The notes beneath the pieces were generated by a model. It ran no database searches and was not told where the DNA came from. It worked only from the letters and a program-made list of their open reading frames with translations. Below are positions 25,742 through 39,741 of a stretch of DNA of 64,000 nucleotides, piece by piece. The stretch spans positions 1 to 64,000 of the forward strand of contig NW_021833260.1 of assembly GCF_006345805.1 (NCBI RefSeq), given 5' to 3'. Both the position numbers and the translations under genes were made by a program. The stretch comes from Octopus sinensis (taxonomy: Eukaryota). The stretch's first letter is position 1; each line of letters opens with the position of its first letter.

Positions 25742-26055
25742 CAAACTTTTGTTAAAAGTTATACCCTCTGGATATATGCGTAAAGTTTATATTATCTGTT
25801 TTATTTCGATATGTAAATAATTTTTACATTTTTATTACAAAGATATCAGGAGCCACCCTGCCCTTACAGGAAATTCATCAAATTCTCGCCAATTCATGTA
25901 TAATTTTATCTTATTAGAATTTTGAATCTCTGTCAGAAAGTTAGCTTTTGATATCAAATTCTTTGTTTTGCTTTAATTTCCTTCGCCCCGTTTACGATGT
26001 AATCGAATATAGGCCCGCACACAAATTTCATGTCTTCTGCTTATAGTAGACAGGA

Positions 26056-26133
26056 TTATTATTATTATTATTAAAATTATTATTATTATTATTATTATCA
26101 TAATAATAATTATTATTATTGTTGTTGTTGTTG

Positions 26134-26220
<87 letters not shown>
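26056..26220. repeat. (ATT)n microsatellite
   Basis: Direct reading. Confidence 0.95.
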
Positions 26221-26222
<2 letters not shown>

Positions 26223-26715
26223 TAGTTTTATTTTTATAGCGTGCTTTCACTTCACTACCGAGCGCAGCTCTGTGTGCCTTGGGTATGTGCTGTGATTTGT
26301 TGTAATGCTCTGATGGTTATTGTATGGAAAGTGCTCCGCGTAGGATGTGTGCAGTGCCTAGTAGTGCAATTTTTTGTATGTTATATGTGTTTGTAAGTCT
26401 TGGTGTTTTTGTTATGTATTTGTCTGAATATTTTTTTATCATGCCTAATGCACCTACTATGATAGGAATTGTCTCTGTTTTTAGGTTCCCCATTCTCTAT
26501 TTCCAGGTCTTTGTATTTTGAGAGTTTCTCCATTTCTTTTAGAGACACGTTGTCATCTGCCGGTATTGATACATCAATTAGAAAGCATTTTTTTTCTTCA
26601 TGATCTCTGACAACTATATCTGGCCTGTTGCCCTTAATTTCTCTATCTGTGTGTATCGGCATATCCCAGAGTATGGTTGCTTTCTCGTTTTCTGTGACCT
26701 TTTCTGGTGTGTGCC
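26221..26715 (-). mobile_element. R4/Dong-type LINE 3' fragment (restriction-like endonuclease)
   Basis: ILWDMPIHTDREIKGNRPDIVVRDHEEKKCFLIDVSIPADDNVSLKEMEKLSKYKDLEIE; 3' UTR runs into (AAT)n. Confidence 0.85.
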
Positions 26716-26740
26716 TATACCATTATTATCATTATTATTA

Positions 26741-26808
<68 letters not shown>

Positions 26809-26809
<1 letters not shown>

Positions 26810-27260
26810 TTGACTTTTGCTTTACATTTGTACAATTGGCTTCAAGTCTCACCCAGAGACCTCAAGAGATATTAATTTAGAATTTCATGTCGGTGTTATG
26901 CCTAGGGTGCCATATATTTGGTTTTGTACATAGTGTTGTTCTAGAGAATGTTTAAGAAATCATACGAAAATCATTTGTTTGTTTTAAAACTTGAGATTAC
27001 ATAGAAAGTATTTTGCGTAGGATATGGGTAGTTTGAATTTCTGCCATTTTGGGGTTTCCTGGTATCTGAGCTAGGTAGCAATCAGCCCCTTTTGCTATCA
27101 TTCTCAGGGCACCTATGGCAACAGGTATTGTTTTAATCTTCAGGTTCCACATTTTGCTAGTTTCTATTTCAAGATTTTTATATTTGCTCAGTTTTTGGTA
27201 GATCTTGACTGATACGTTTTTATCGATTGGGACAGTCATATTAATGAGGAGGCATGATTT
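26809..27260 (-). mobile_element. R4/Dong-type LINE 3' fragment (second family)
   Basis: CLLINMTVPIDKNVSVKIYQKLSKYKNLEIE...IPVAIGAL...TTHILRKILSM*; ends in (AAT)n at 26720-26808. Confidence 0.85.
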
Positions 27261-27324
27261 TTGTCTGAAGTCTTTCATGTTGTTGTTGTTGTTCTTCTTC
27301 TTTTTCTTGTTGTTGTTATTGTTA

Positions 27325-27530
27325 TTTGGGCGCAAACCTGGCAGATTCGTTAGCACACCGGGTAAAATGCTTAGCAGCATTTCGACCGGAGTTCCAATTC
27401 TGCTGAGGTCAACTTTGCCTTTCATCCTTTCGGGGTCGATAAATTAAGTACCAGTTACGCACTGGGGTCGATATAATCCACTATCCCCGTCCCCCAAAAT
27501 TTCAGACCATGTGCCTATATTAGAAAGGAT
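27325..27530 (+). mobile_element. Family-A SINE (A2 tail)
   Basis: ctggcagattcgttagcacaccgggtaaaatgc...tttcatcctttcggggtcgataaattaagtaccag...cccccaaaatttcagacc. Confidence 0.8.
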
Positions 27531-27544
27531 TATTATTATTATCA

Positions 27545-27900
27545 TTATTTCTCTTTATCACATGTTTTGTTCGAGCTCCTTGAGTCTTACATTCGTAGCG
27601 GACTTGCTACCTGCAGCCTACGGTACCATGTTATTCTTTTCAGCTATCTAATACTTTTCCTGATGATTCTGGCCATGCCAAGGAGGCAAACCTTTTTAAC
27701 AGTTCTACAGGGAACTCTATTCCAATTTCCTTTATATTCCTCTTGATGCCTTCTAATACTGTTCCCAAAGCCCCCAAAATAATTAGCACTATCTTCACCT
27801 TCTTCATTTTCCGTAGCCGGGTTATTTTGTACTTAAGTGGGTTGTATTTGTCTATCTTTTCGCTTTCCGCTTGAATATTCGTGGGACAAAGGCGCATACA
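27545..27900 (-). mobile_element. R4/Dong-type LINE 3' fragment (third family)
   Basis: AESEKIDKYNPLKYKITRL...IILGALGTV...; 3' end runs into (AAT)n. Confidence 0.7.
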
Positions 27901-27934
27901 ACATGAACTATACAGCATATGTGGTGCATCTTGT

Positions 27935-28490
27935 GCACTATTATTATTATTGAGTTAGAGAGCTGTGCATGCCATCAAAATGACACTGGGATAAAATATA
28001 CGAAGCCCAGTATACCCATCATGACTACCCGTCTTATAAGGGTACACCAGACACATGCATCACAACCATATGTGCGCGACATGGTGATCTCATATCAAGA
28101 TAAACAGCGCATGACCTTGCAGGTGGGGCTCAGTTAGAATTTTCTTCTGGTCGAGTAACCTATCCCGCTCAAAATGTCCCTGAATAAGGATTGTTTAAGG
28201 ATGTTGAACGAACCCCCCATGTTTCCAAAGATGAATTGTCCAAACCTCCAAGAATTCCTTTCAACACACGGCTATGATTCTTCCCCACTACTTCTGCTCG
28301 TGGTCAGAGATGCTCATATCGTCAGCCACTAAGGGACATGCTCAACTGGTTAAGGTCAAACAACTGACAAGCAAATCTGTGGTATTGAGCAGAATATTTG
28401 CTGTAGCCCATCTTTTATACCAAGACAAAACAATGCACATGATAACACTTCCAATCAGTTAACATCAGAAGACATGAGAGCCATCATATA
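27935..28490 (-). mobile_element. Family-D repeat
   Basis: Matches 11063-11805; adjacent to (ATT)n. Confidence 0.75.
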
Positions 28491-28985
28491 TTATTATTGT
28501 TGTTGTTGTTGTTGCTGTTGTTGTTACTGTGTTGCAAAGTTGTTAGTACTATGCTGCTGATGATAATGTTGATGATGGTGTTTTCTTGTGCTTGTGTGTT
28601 TTCTGTGAACATGAATGTAAATCAACATGTATGAAATATATATATATTAACTGTTTTGCGTTCTAATATTCTGTTTCCATTGTCTTTTATGGTGAATACC
28701 ATTTGTTATTGTTTATTATTCTTATTAGTATTCGCTAACAGATTGACAGAACTGTTAGAGTGCCACAGAAACCCTTTCTGGATCTATTTTTATTTCAAAA
28801 TAACCTGTTCCACCTTTACCTATATCTTTACCAAATAAAGAAAATCCTTACACAATACGGTAGTTTTTTCAGATATAAAAAATATTACAGTTATACATAA
28901 TTGACCAAAAGTTTTAAATATGAAGGATAAATAAATTGTTAGTCTTAGGCAATCCAATTAGATATTGAAACTTCATTCAGTTATA

Positions 28986-30460
28986 TTAATAGTACTCTAA
29001 TAAGTTGTGAATCTGGAAGTCAAAGTCCCAGAGATCTTTTGCCTTCCCCTTTTCGTCCATTACTTTTTCCAGTGTATGTTTATATGAAGCACCCGTTACC
29101 CCGTATCCATACTTTCGACGTAGCAGCCAATGAAAGTTTTGGGTTACCTTGTCGCGTCTGCGCTTGTTCTCTTTCTGCGCAAGATTTTCACAAGCACTAA
29201 CAATACGATTCACGCTTTCGACCCTCTTCTCATACTTTCTGCAGAGGTTCATTGCATTTGTGTGTTATATATCCTTTTTCCCTGAGTTGGTATTCAATGC
29301 CTGAACCTGGGCTGCGATGATTTGGCTTTCAGTCTTCTTGTTGAGCCACCCCCATAATGCTTCCTGATCTTTTAAGTTGTTAGTTTTCACGGTGAAACTG
29401 ACCATGTAATTCCATACGAAGTATGGTTTCTTCACTCTCGTTGGTTATTCGTAATCGGAATTCATTAGCACTTTCAAGTCCATTTTTGGTAAATCCTCAT
29501 GCATTTACAGTATACTTCAGCATGTCTTGTTTGCTGATTACCAAATATTCTGCCATGTTTCTTCTTTCACTGTTGATGCACTCCCGTGCGCTAATCAGCC
29601 CACGTCTACCTTTACACCTTTTCATGTAGAGCCTGTGTACGTTCGCCTTAGGCTAGAGGGCACCATGCATTGTCATTGCCTGGATGGGTGCACAGCAGCA
29701 GCCCATATGTAGATTGTAGTCATAAGGTTCCCTGAGTTGAGTTTTGACTTCAAGAGAAGTTTGAGGTGCTTCAAATAGCAGTAATGACTGTCTTCCATTT
29801 CTTTGTGCAAGATATTGTCCAGCTCCAGGATCCCATCATCATCCAGGTCTTCCATTCTCTCTCCGTTTGGCAATTCTATGCCTCTACAATCTGCTCTTTT
29901 CGCCCGTTTCAAAAGGAGCACCGCACACTTCGAGACACCGAATTCCATCCCTATATCGTTGCTGCACATCTGCGCTGTCTCTCCATTTCAGGTTCTGTTT
30001 TTGTGAACAGTTTTAAATCATCCACGAAGAGAAGGTGGTTGAGACGAGATCCAGTGTCTCTCAGTTCATAGAGCGCGTTGCCTTTGCGTAGGACCACAGA
30101 AAATGAGATCAAGGCAATAACAAATATTAATGAACAAGAGTCATCTAAGTGATGGTTGTTACAGAAAAGACGTGTTTTTCAACTAGGCATGCTGTTCTTA
30201 ATCAGTGAATACATGTTCTCAGCTATTTCACACATGTCGAGTGTTTCCAAAATCCCCGAATGCGGCAACTTGAAGTAAACCTTTTGAAAGACTATCCAGG
30301 CCATGCATAATTATTTGTGGGGACGGGGTATCGTTAGCAGTTCTTCCTTATAAAGAATTATCACAAGGTTGTCCTTGGTGTCTTTGGATGATTTTCGGCA
30401 TCCCTTTTGTTCTTCTGGCAGTAGATTGTTTTCCGCAAGAAACGTATATATTTTTCCTGC
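28986..30460 (-). pseudogene. Decayed R4/Dong-type RT and zinc-knuckle region
   Basis: LLPEEQKGCRK, DIGMEFGVSKCAVL, ILELDNI, LKSKLNSGN, IVSACENLAQKE.KRR.DKV, DLWDFDFQ. Confidence 0.8.
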
Positions 30461-30599
30461 GAGGATGCCTTTTAACACTTTATTGTTGTTGTTGTTTGAG
30501 CTATTGCATTCTACATTAGCTAGCAGAGCTGCTGTCTTGAGGTTTAGTGACAACATGTCTTCTCAAATTTCGAGTCTTTCTTTGGAATCTCGTAGAATA

Positions 30600-30740
30600 T
30601 AAGATGACACTTTCGGAAATTCAAAAATGCATATGTCTGTTTCCGCACCCTTCTTGGTAGCAGTTTGTATGTCGTGCTAAGTGCACCAATTAACACAAGA
30701 ACAACTGCCACCTTTGTCTTCCACAATCTTTTCATCTCTC
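30600..30740 (-). mobile_element. RLE C-terminal fragment
   Basis: MKRLWKTKVAVVLVLIGALST resembles the W...VVPVVIGALG motif. Confidence 0.5.
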
Positions 30741-30939
30741 TGCCGATATTTCACGATTTCCACTCTACTATCATATGGCATGATCTATGATCCTACCTTC
30801 CTTGTTTCACCTTGCAGTTGGCTTCAATAGTATGGTCGGTCGTCAAATAGAAATCCTATAAAACCTTGTAGTTATCACTCACCATTATAGACTCTGGTTT
30901 GTGTTTCTACCATTTTTCTGTTTCTGTCAGTCAATTAAT

Positions 30940-31075
30940 ATTATAATTATCATCATCATCATCATCACCGTCATCATCACCGTCATTATCATCATCATCA
31001 CCATCATCATCACCGTCATTATCATCATCATCATTATCATCACCGTCATTATCATCATTATCATCATCATCACCG

Positions 31076-31109
<34 letters not shown>

Positions 31110-31207
31110 TCTCATCATCATCATCGTCGTCGTCATCAACATCAACATCATCATCATCATCATCAACACCGTCATCATCATCATCATCAACATCATCACC
31201 ACCACCG

Positions 31208-31243
<36 letters not shown>

Positions 31244-31276
31244 ACATCAACATCATCATCATCATCATCATCATCG

Positions 31277-31355
<79 letters not shown>

Positions 31356-31419
31356 CATCCTCATCATCATCATCGTCATCACCGTCATTATCATCACCAT
31401 CATTATCATCATCATCATT

Positions 31420-31455
<36 letters not shown>

Positions 31456-31626
31456 GTCATAGTTGTGGTGGTGGTAGTGGTCGTCGTTTTTGTGTTGTTC
31501 TGTTGGCATCATCCTTATAAATATCTTTAATATTGCTATCAACATTATCATTATTATAATCATTATAACTGTTTTTATTATAGGAAATATAACAGTTGTG
31601 TTCATATTATCATCATCATCATCCTC

Positions 31627-31657
<31 letters not shown>

Positions 31658-32165
31658 TCATCGTCATCATCATCATCGTCATCATCATCATCATCATCAT
31701 CATCATCGTCATCATCATCATCGTCATCATCATCATCATCATCCTCATCATCATCGTCGTCGTCGTCATCATCATCATCGTCATCATCATAATCATCATT
31801 CTCATCATTATCATCGTCGTCGTCATCATCATCATCGTCATCATCATCATCATCCTCATCATCATCATCATTGTCGTCATCATCATCATCGTCATCATCA
31901 TCATCATCATCCTCATCATCATCGTCGTCGTCGTCATCATCATCATCGTCATCATCATAATCATCATTCTCATCATCATCATCGTCGTCGTCATCATCAT
32001 CATCGTCATCATCATCATCATCCTCATCATCATCATCATCGTCGTCATCATCATCATCGTCATCATCATCATCATCATTCTCATCATCATCATCGTCGTC
32101 GTCGTCATCATCATCACCATCATCATCACCATCATCATCATCATCATCATCATCATCGTCATTAT
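30940..32165. repeat. Long (CAT)n-based repeat with higher-order variants
   Basis: Direct reading; cataatcatcattctcatc recurs about 170 bp apart. Confidence 0.95.
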
Positions 32166-32363
32166 AATTGTTGTTGTAATCGTTTATCATCCGTTTCCAA
32201 ATTATCCTCATAATTCAGTTATCTCTGTATTCAATTCGTTTTTCCTCCCGCGGCACAAAGCTTATCAGTATGTGCCTCATTCACAAGATATTTGTGTGTA
32301 CATATCAGAATGTGATATATGTGTGATTATGTGTGCGCGTGTGTCTGTGTGTATGCGAATGAA

Positions 32364-32395
<32 letters not shown>

Positions 32396-32672
32396 TGTAT
32401 CTATGTGGATGGTAGATATGTGAAAGTGTGTTCGTATGTAAGTGTGAATGTGTGCTTCCGCTTTGTTGTAAGGCCCCCTACATAGAATAATTTCTCTTGT
32501 TAAAGGAAATTTTAAGGAAAACGCTAATCGTCCAATTGCAAAAAATATAAAGGATAACCGTGCTTACCAATTCTTGCTTAAATATTCAAACCCTGAGAAA
32601 TGTTTTATACTTGGTGTCTTGTTTATTATAAGACATGAACCCCGGCCACCAGTTGATTAAATACTGCATTTA

Positions 32673-33037
32673 TCTCTCCATATATAAAAGGCAAAATGTC
32701 TGTCTGTGTATGTGTATGTATCCTTTATACAAATTCACAATTTTTCAGTTAGAGGGCTCGCACTTTCTATGGTCATTTAAAACCGTCCAAGGGTGGTCAT
32801 GCACATCTTTACATTTCCCCAGTCACCCCGCAAAGCCTTCAAAAAATCAATAGAAGTGACTTTTTTGTGAATTTTCTATCCAAAATCCAATCAAAATGCC
32901 CGAAACTTGATACGCCAATTGAATGTCAAATAGCTTGGTCGGAGATTTGGACAGTACTCGCGTGTATGTGCACACGCACGCAGCTGTATATGCATGAACT
33001 AGCACTATGACTCGGCGTTGCCGGGTCATAGTGATAG
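32673..33037 (+). mobile_element. Non-autonomous Helitron (divergent)
   Basis: A|TCTCTCCATATATAAAA start; 3' palindrome ctatgactcggcgttgccgggtcatag with a degenerate CTAG. Confidence 0.6.
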
Positions 33038-33357
33038 CATCGGCTAAAATGTTTATAGCATCTAGCTAGAGTATATAACTTGCATACAATAGAACGAATG
33101 GTGCTCCACAGAGTGGTCGTGAACAGAACTCAGAGCTATAAGATGCAGGTGAACTGTAGTGAGATGTTTAAGTCCAAGTGGCATTTTACATAAATGCAGG
33201 TATGTAATTTATTTATTATTAAATATAATAATATAAATTATTTGCATGTTTTAAGCTACGAAACAATTCGTTGTAGTATTAGAATTTTCTTATTGTTAAA
33301 TAAAATTTCCTAAAACTACTTGTCTGTCATTACCCTTGTGGGTAATAAAGAAATAGG

Positions 33358-33555
33358 TAGTTGTAGTAGTTGTGGATGTGGTGGAGGTGGTGGTGGTAGT
33401 AGTAGTAGTAGTAGTTGTTGTTGTTGTAGTTGTAGTTGTAGTAGTAGTATAGTAGTAGTAGTAGTAGTAGTATAGTAGTAGTAGTAGTAGTAGTAAGTAG
33501 TAGTAGTAGTAAGTAGTAGTAGTAGTAGTAGTAGTAAGTAGTAGTAGTAGTAGTA

Positions 33556-33591
<36 letters not shown>

Positions 33592-33592
33592 A
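33358..33592. repeat. (TAG)n microsatellite preceded by a family-A SINE tail fragment
   Basis: cccttgtgggtaataaagaaata|ggtag, then agtagt repeats. Confidence 0.9.
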
Positions 33593-33640
33593 GATCTTAT
33601 TGTTATAATGATTACGGTTTTTTTTTCTTTCCTACTTCAG

Positions 33641-33720
33641 CCTCTTATTGGAAATTGTACTCCCAAATAGCACAGTATGTGCATAGAGTCCGATACAAAC
33701 GCTCAATCAAGTCTACCTGA
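33641..33720 (+). CDS. Candidate terminal coding exon (..SYWKLYSQIAQYVHRVRYKRSIKST*), product unknown
   Basis: Strong acceptor ttttttttctttcctacttcag|C and an open frame to TGA. No homology recognised. Confidence 0.25.
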
Positions 33721-34739
33721 AGTTTTAAGCAACTACAATAACGACAACAACAACAGCAACAATACGTTACCCAGGTAATAATCACAAGAGAAATAAACGA
33801 GCGACATCCTGAGGCATGTCTGTGTAAACAGATAAAGAAATTTAGCCAAAACAAGAAAATATCTCAAAGACTTTCGGTGATTGCATTTGACAAGGACAAT
33901 GTTCGAAAAGAAGTGAATAATTTCTAAAAATGGACTTTCTTAGAGAATTTGGTGTATATAAGTCAAAAATATCTCCATGATAACGGGATGAATAAAATGG
34001 AGAAAAAATGAATGCGGATTCTATTCTTTGACGTTTAATTAGTGAAAAAAAAAAGAATCTATAAGATTTGTAGGTTCTTTTTTTCTTTTTTTTTTCTTAG
34101 ATTTGTAAGACTAAAGCAGGCAGTGTTCAATCTGAACATATTTAGCTCGTCTCCTATGCTTCTCTCGTTTACTATACTTTTAGGTTGTTCTACGCTTTCA
34201 ACGTTTTCTCTACTTACATCGGCCAAAGAAAATAAATAACCATTCTGTTTTTGTTTGCTTCGATTCTGCATCACTTCATTTGTAAACTCCAGCTTGTTGA
34301 ATTCACACATTCAGCTGTCCAATACCTGATGCATAGATTCACAACCTTGGGCCCAATCCATTATAAGCATACGGCAGTATTTTCACACAACAGCCATCAT
34401 CTGTTTCGACCACATTCATCACCATGTCCTTATCCGTCTCTTGGATTCGACTCTTATTCCCTATAACTGCTCAGCTGACATCTCATTTGTGCTCCTCTTT
34501 TTCTCCAAATTAAGATTACGCATCATCATACTCTTAACAAATTTCTTTCGATCCTCATTAGATATTCCACAACCAATGCTTGTCTTACTGGCGCTGACAT
34601 TACTACGCCTTATAACCAGTAAAGGTAACATGTCGCTAAATTTTATCTGCCCCTCTGTTTACTGTATACAAGAATCCCCTGCTACATTCATCCCCAACGT
34701 AACATACCTGATAGAATCTATTCATTGCTTTGGCTAACT

Positions 34740-35800
34740 GTTTCAGGTTCTCTATGTGACTGTTTAATCATGTCATGTACAAAAGAAGCCTTGCAAACTC
34801 TGAATTTCAGAGACAAAGAGACAGCATTGTGGGTCATTCTGAAAGGTGGGCATAGTGTAAAATCGCTGAAAACCTTGGGATCCCACATTCTACAGTTAAC
34901 AGAGTGAGTGTGCAATTCACCAGCGAGAGGAAGAAGTCCACATCACTTCGTCTAGATCAACCAGCACCCTTTGATAGGACCCTTCTCTTTGTTAAGAGAA
35001 GTGTGGAGGATAATCCTCGTTGCAAGGCCTCTGACATAGCAGAACAAGTTGATGTCAGTTGCAGAACTGCCGTCAGGTATCTCCACAAACTTGATCACTA
35101 TAGCAGAGCAGTAAGAAGTACGTCTTCGACCAGCCAACATCAAGCGGGGAAAAGATTGGGCCAGTGAGATGGTGGAGAGGCCACTAGCATTTTGGGACAT
35201 TGTCATATTCTCTGTTAATCCCAGATTTACTGTATTTCCTGACAGTGGTCGAGTGTGGGTGGAGAGACTCTGTGATCAAGAATTTGATGTGAAAAGATTG
35301 CAGCCAACAATGAAACACGGAAGCTGTTCTGTGATGGTCTGGGGAGCAATTGGGAGCAATGGTTGATCAGAGCTGGTGGAGTGTGATGGAAACAGAAACT
35401 CAGATAAATATGTGTCCGTATTGCAGAAAGAATTCCTTCCAATCTTCTCCAGTGGTGAAATGATTAAAGAAGACTCTTTATTCATGGAAGATGGGCTTCC
35501 TTGTCACACAGCTAAAAATGACCCAAGATCTGTTGGGTGAGAATGGCACTAAAAAGCTTCCATGGCCAAGCCAGTCACCAGATATGGACCCTATTGAACA
35601 TCTCTGGGGCATGATGGACCGGACATTTCTTAAACAGAACAAGAAAGCATCTTCAAGGCTAGGTCTTTTGAGATTAGTGCATGAAACTTGGCAAGAAATT
35701 CTGCAAGAGAATATTCCTCAACTGATCAATAACATGCCTAATAGGGTCCTTGCATTGAAAAAGGCAAAGGGTGTGTCTACTAAATATCAAATATTCACAT
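34740..35800 (+). pseudogene. Decayed Tc1-family (DD34E) transposase
   Basis: [73 protein letters not shown]; multiple frameshifts; no clear TIRs. Confidence 0.9.
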
Positions 35801-35885
35801 TATAACAATTAATAAATAATTTGAATGTATAATTTCAGATTAAAATAAATTTTAATGATTATAAGGCAGTCAATTTACTTCTGTC

Positions 35886-35919
<34 letters not shown>

Positions 35920-36319
35920 GTGTGTGTGTGTGTATGTGTGTTTGTGTGTGTGTGTGTGGTGTGTGTGTGTGTGTGTGTGTGTGTAGGAAATATTGTATTA
36001 TTAGGATAATGGATCTTGATGCTTCAAATAATAAGATATTAATGATAGTGTTTAAATATTAGGTTAAAATCCATTTGGATTATCGAGAATTCGAAAGTCA
36101 CCCGTAATACGCGAACTCACGTATGCAAATATTACAGGCATACATTTTGCCAAAGCAATCCGTCGAATTTCTTCGTCCATTCTAGAAATTCTATTCTTCC
36201 AGCCGAGAATTATATGCTTTGGTACAAAGGTTGAATTCCTGTCATGTTTACAGGAAATTTGGGTTCGAGACACACTAGTAGATATCGATTTTTTCTTCCA
36301 TCCAAAGGTTCTTTAGAAA

Positions 36320-36548
36320 TCCATTACTCTTTACTCTCTTTACTCTTTTACTTGTTTCACTCATGTGACTGTGGCCATGCTGGAACACCGCCATTAGTCG
36401 AGCAAATCGACCCAGGAATTATTCTTTGTAAGCCTAGTACTTATTGTATCGCTTTCTTTTGCCGAACCGCTAGCTTACGGGGACGTAAACACACCACCAT
36501 CGGTTGTCAAGCGATGTTGGCGTCGGACAAACACAGACACACAAACAT

Positions 36549-36622
<74 letters not shown>

Positions 36623-36780
36623 CGACGGGCTTCTTTCAGTTTCCGTCTACCAAATCCACTCACAAGGCTTTGGTCGGCATGAGGCTATAGTAGAAGACAC
36701 TTTGCCCAAAGTGCCACGCAGTGAGATTGAACCCGGAACCAAGGGGTTGGTAAGCAAGGTACGTACCACACAGCCACTAT
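36320..36780 (-). mobile_element. Family-B SINE
   Basis: Reverse complement of 41589-41996, including the internal (CA)/(TA) tract. Confidence 0.85.
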
Positions 36781-36784
36781 ACGT

Positions 36785-36794
36785 TATATATATA

Positions 36795-36845
<51 letters not shown>

Positions 36846-36880
36846 TATATATATATATACATATACATATATATATACAT

Positions 36881-36941
<61 letters not shown>

Positions 36942-37090
36942 ATATATATATATATATACATATATGTATATGTGGGTATTTTTGTGTGTATGTGTATGCA
37001 CGAATGCATATGTATGCATATATTTGCTTCAGCAAATGTTTGTGCGTTTGTGTGTGTGTGTGTGTGGTGTGTGTGTGTGTGTGCATGCAT
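36785..37090. repeat. (TA)n/(TG)n repeats
   Basis: Direct reading. Confidence 0.9.
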
Positions 37091-37244
37091 GATACTTCTG
37101 TAGCTCGTATATGTCCATGTACGTGAATAGTGAATATGCTTCGGGATAGAATAGTAATATTACCCTCAGCTACTCTATTTCTTTCAATGAACAAGCGTAA
37201 GCACATCTCTATTCATAACTCTCCCCCATCTCTTTCTCTCTCTC

Positions 37245-37291
<47 letters not shown>

Positions 37292-37779
37292 GCATGCATG
37301 CGTCTGTGCTGTTATGGATGCGTGTGTACGCATGCTTTTTCGTCTAAGTGCGTGCGTTTGTTAGCATTTGTGTTTTGTCATTCGGAATTAATTCTTCTGA
37401 TAATGACAGAAACCATGTTTGCCTACGTGGAGCGGTAGCAAGGTCGGGAGTCTTGTTTTCCGCCATTGTAACAATGCATTCGAGTTGGTTACGCCAGCTC
37501 TGACTACTTAGGTTTAATAGTCAAACACCAACGCTCTAATCAGATTTACCGTTAATGAAGAGGAGTAGAAGTGCAGTATGTGTGTGTGTTTGTGTGTGTG
37601 GGTGTGGGTGTGGGTGTGGGGATGAGTGGGTGGTGGTGGTGGTGGTGGTGGTGGTGGGAGAGGAAGACCGGGACCGGGACCGGGGTCGGCGCATACTATC
37701 AAGCGAAACTGTTTCTTAATCAATAAAAATTAAATCTGCCAACTTCCATGATTTTAGCGATCAAGATTCTGGATAGCGC

Positions 37780-38374
37780 CCGAGGAGTAGGAGGAGGAAG
37801 AGGAGGGGGACAGAAGAAGGTAACAAGAACGAAAAGGAAGGAGGGGAGGAAGGAAGGAAGGAGAGGAAGAATAGGAGAAGGAAGAGGAGGAAGAAGAGAC
37901 GAAGAAAGAAGAAAACGATAGAAGTGATGAGGAGGAGGGTGACAATCGTCATCAGTATCATCCTCCTCCTCATCATTATCATGGTGCGTAGGAAGAAAAA
38001 GAAGAAGAAAAGATATAGAAGAAGAAGAGATAGAAGAAGAAGGAGGAGAAGAAGAAGAAGAAAAGGAAGAAGAAGAAAAGGAAGAAGTTTGTAAAAAAGA
38101 TGAAGTAGAAGAAAAAGAAGAGAGAAAAAGAAAGAAAGAAAGAAAGAAAAGAAGAAAGAAAGGAAGATAGAAAGAAAGAAGAAAATAAAAAGAAAGAGAG
38201 AAAGAAAGAAAAAGAAGAAAAAGAAGAAAAAGAAGAAAGGAAATAAGAAAAATAAAAAGAAAGAAAGAAAGAAACGGCGAAGTAATGCAAAAAAAAACCA
38301 TCTGAAAATAAAGGTGAAGCATACCAGACAGACCAAAAAATAAAAAAAAAATGCAGTAAAGCGATGTGAAGAAC

Positions 38375-38418
<44 letters not shown>

Positions 38419-39320
38419 TAAGAACAGCAACAACAACATCATGAGAAGCAAAATGACAGAAGCACATTAATAATAATAATAAAAAAAAGAAGATGATAAA
38501 ACAAGAACAACAACAACACGATTATCAAACAGAGAAAGAAAGAAAAAAATATATATTTTGCGCAAAAAGATGTAAAACAAGTAAAGATGCTGAGTCGTTT
38601 CAGAGCAATATGTTGTGAGATGTAATTGGAAGGAAGAAGAAGAAGATTTGTGAAGAAATAATCAAATCCTATGGTAACGTATTTAGTGTTTTTAGCTATT
38701 GACTGTGACGCCGCCGCCGCCACCAATGGCACCAGCGGCGCCTAACCGTTACCATCACCAAAACCACCACAACCACTATAAACACCACCACCACCACCAC
38801 CACCACAACCACTGCCCCAGTAATATACTACCGCTACCACCACCGTCAGCGATAAGGCTTAAGCGTCAGCACCTTCGACACCACCGACATTATGATGATG
38901 ATGATGATGATGATGACGATGTTGATGATGACGATGATGATTTTCCTCCTCCTCCTCCTCATCATCATCATCATCGTTATCCTCCTCATCATCGTCATCA
39001 TCATCATCGTCATCATGATACTCTACCATAATAACCATCAGCATCACCATCACCATCATCATCGCCATCGTCATCATCATCATCATCATCATCATCGTCA
39101 TCATCATCATCATGATGATACTCTATCATAATAACCATCATCATCACCATTGCCATCGTCATAATCATCATCGTCATCACCATCATCATCATCATCATCA
39201 TCATCGTCATCATCATTGTCAGCGTCATCGTCATCATCATCATCGTCATCGTCGTCGTCATCAGCATCATCATCATCATCATCATCGTCATCATCATCAT
39301 CATCATCACCACCACCATCA
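37780..39320. repeat. Purine-rich (GAA/GAAA) and (CAT/CAC) low-complexity region
   Basis: Direct reading. Confidence 0.85.
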
Positions 39321-39486
39321 TCATTCCTCTCCTATGTCTTTGCTATTCCTGCTGATCTTGTTGTTGTTGTTACTGATGCTGTTGTTGCAGTGAACAATCC
39401 TTTTAGTGTTTTATATATTGTCTTTCTAATTCGCATACGTATACGCATGAGACTGAATGTGTACGGATATACGACTATAGTTGTAG

Positions 39487-39526
<40 letters not shown>

Positions 39527-39741
39527 ATGTGTGTGTGAGTGTGTGTGTGTATGTGTGTGAGAGTGTGTGTGTGTGTGTATGTGTGTGTGAGTGTGTGTGT
39601 ATATCTGTATGTGTGTGTGCATGTAAGAATGTGTACATATGTGTATATATGTGCCTGTCTACATACCTTTACACTTACGCATTATCGTCTTTTTGTGATA
39701 CTGTTTAGGTGTACACACACTAAGCTTACAAACATTCTTTT

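Noticed and set aside
36064-36273. Minus-strand ORF with a gtgagt donor as an exon
   Set aside because: The acceptor is weak, two alternative frames are possible, and no homology is recognised.
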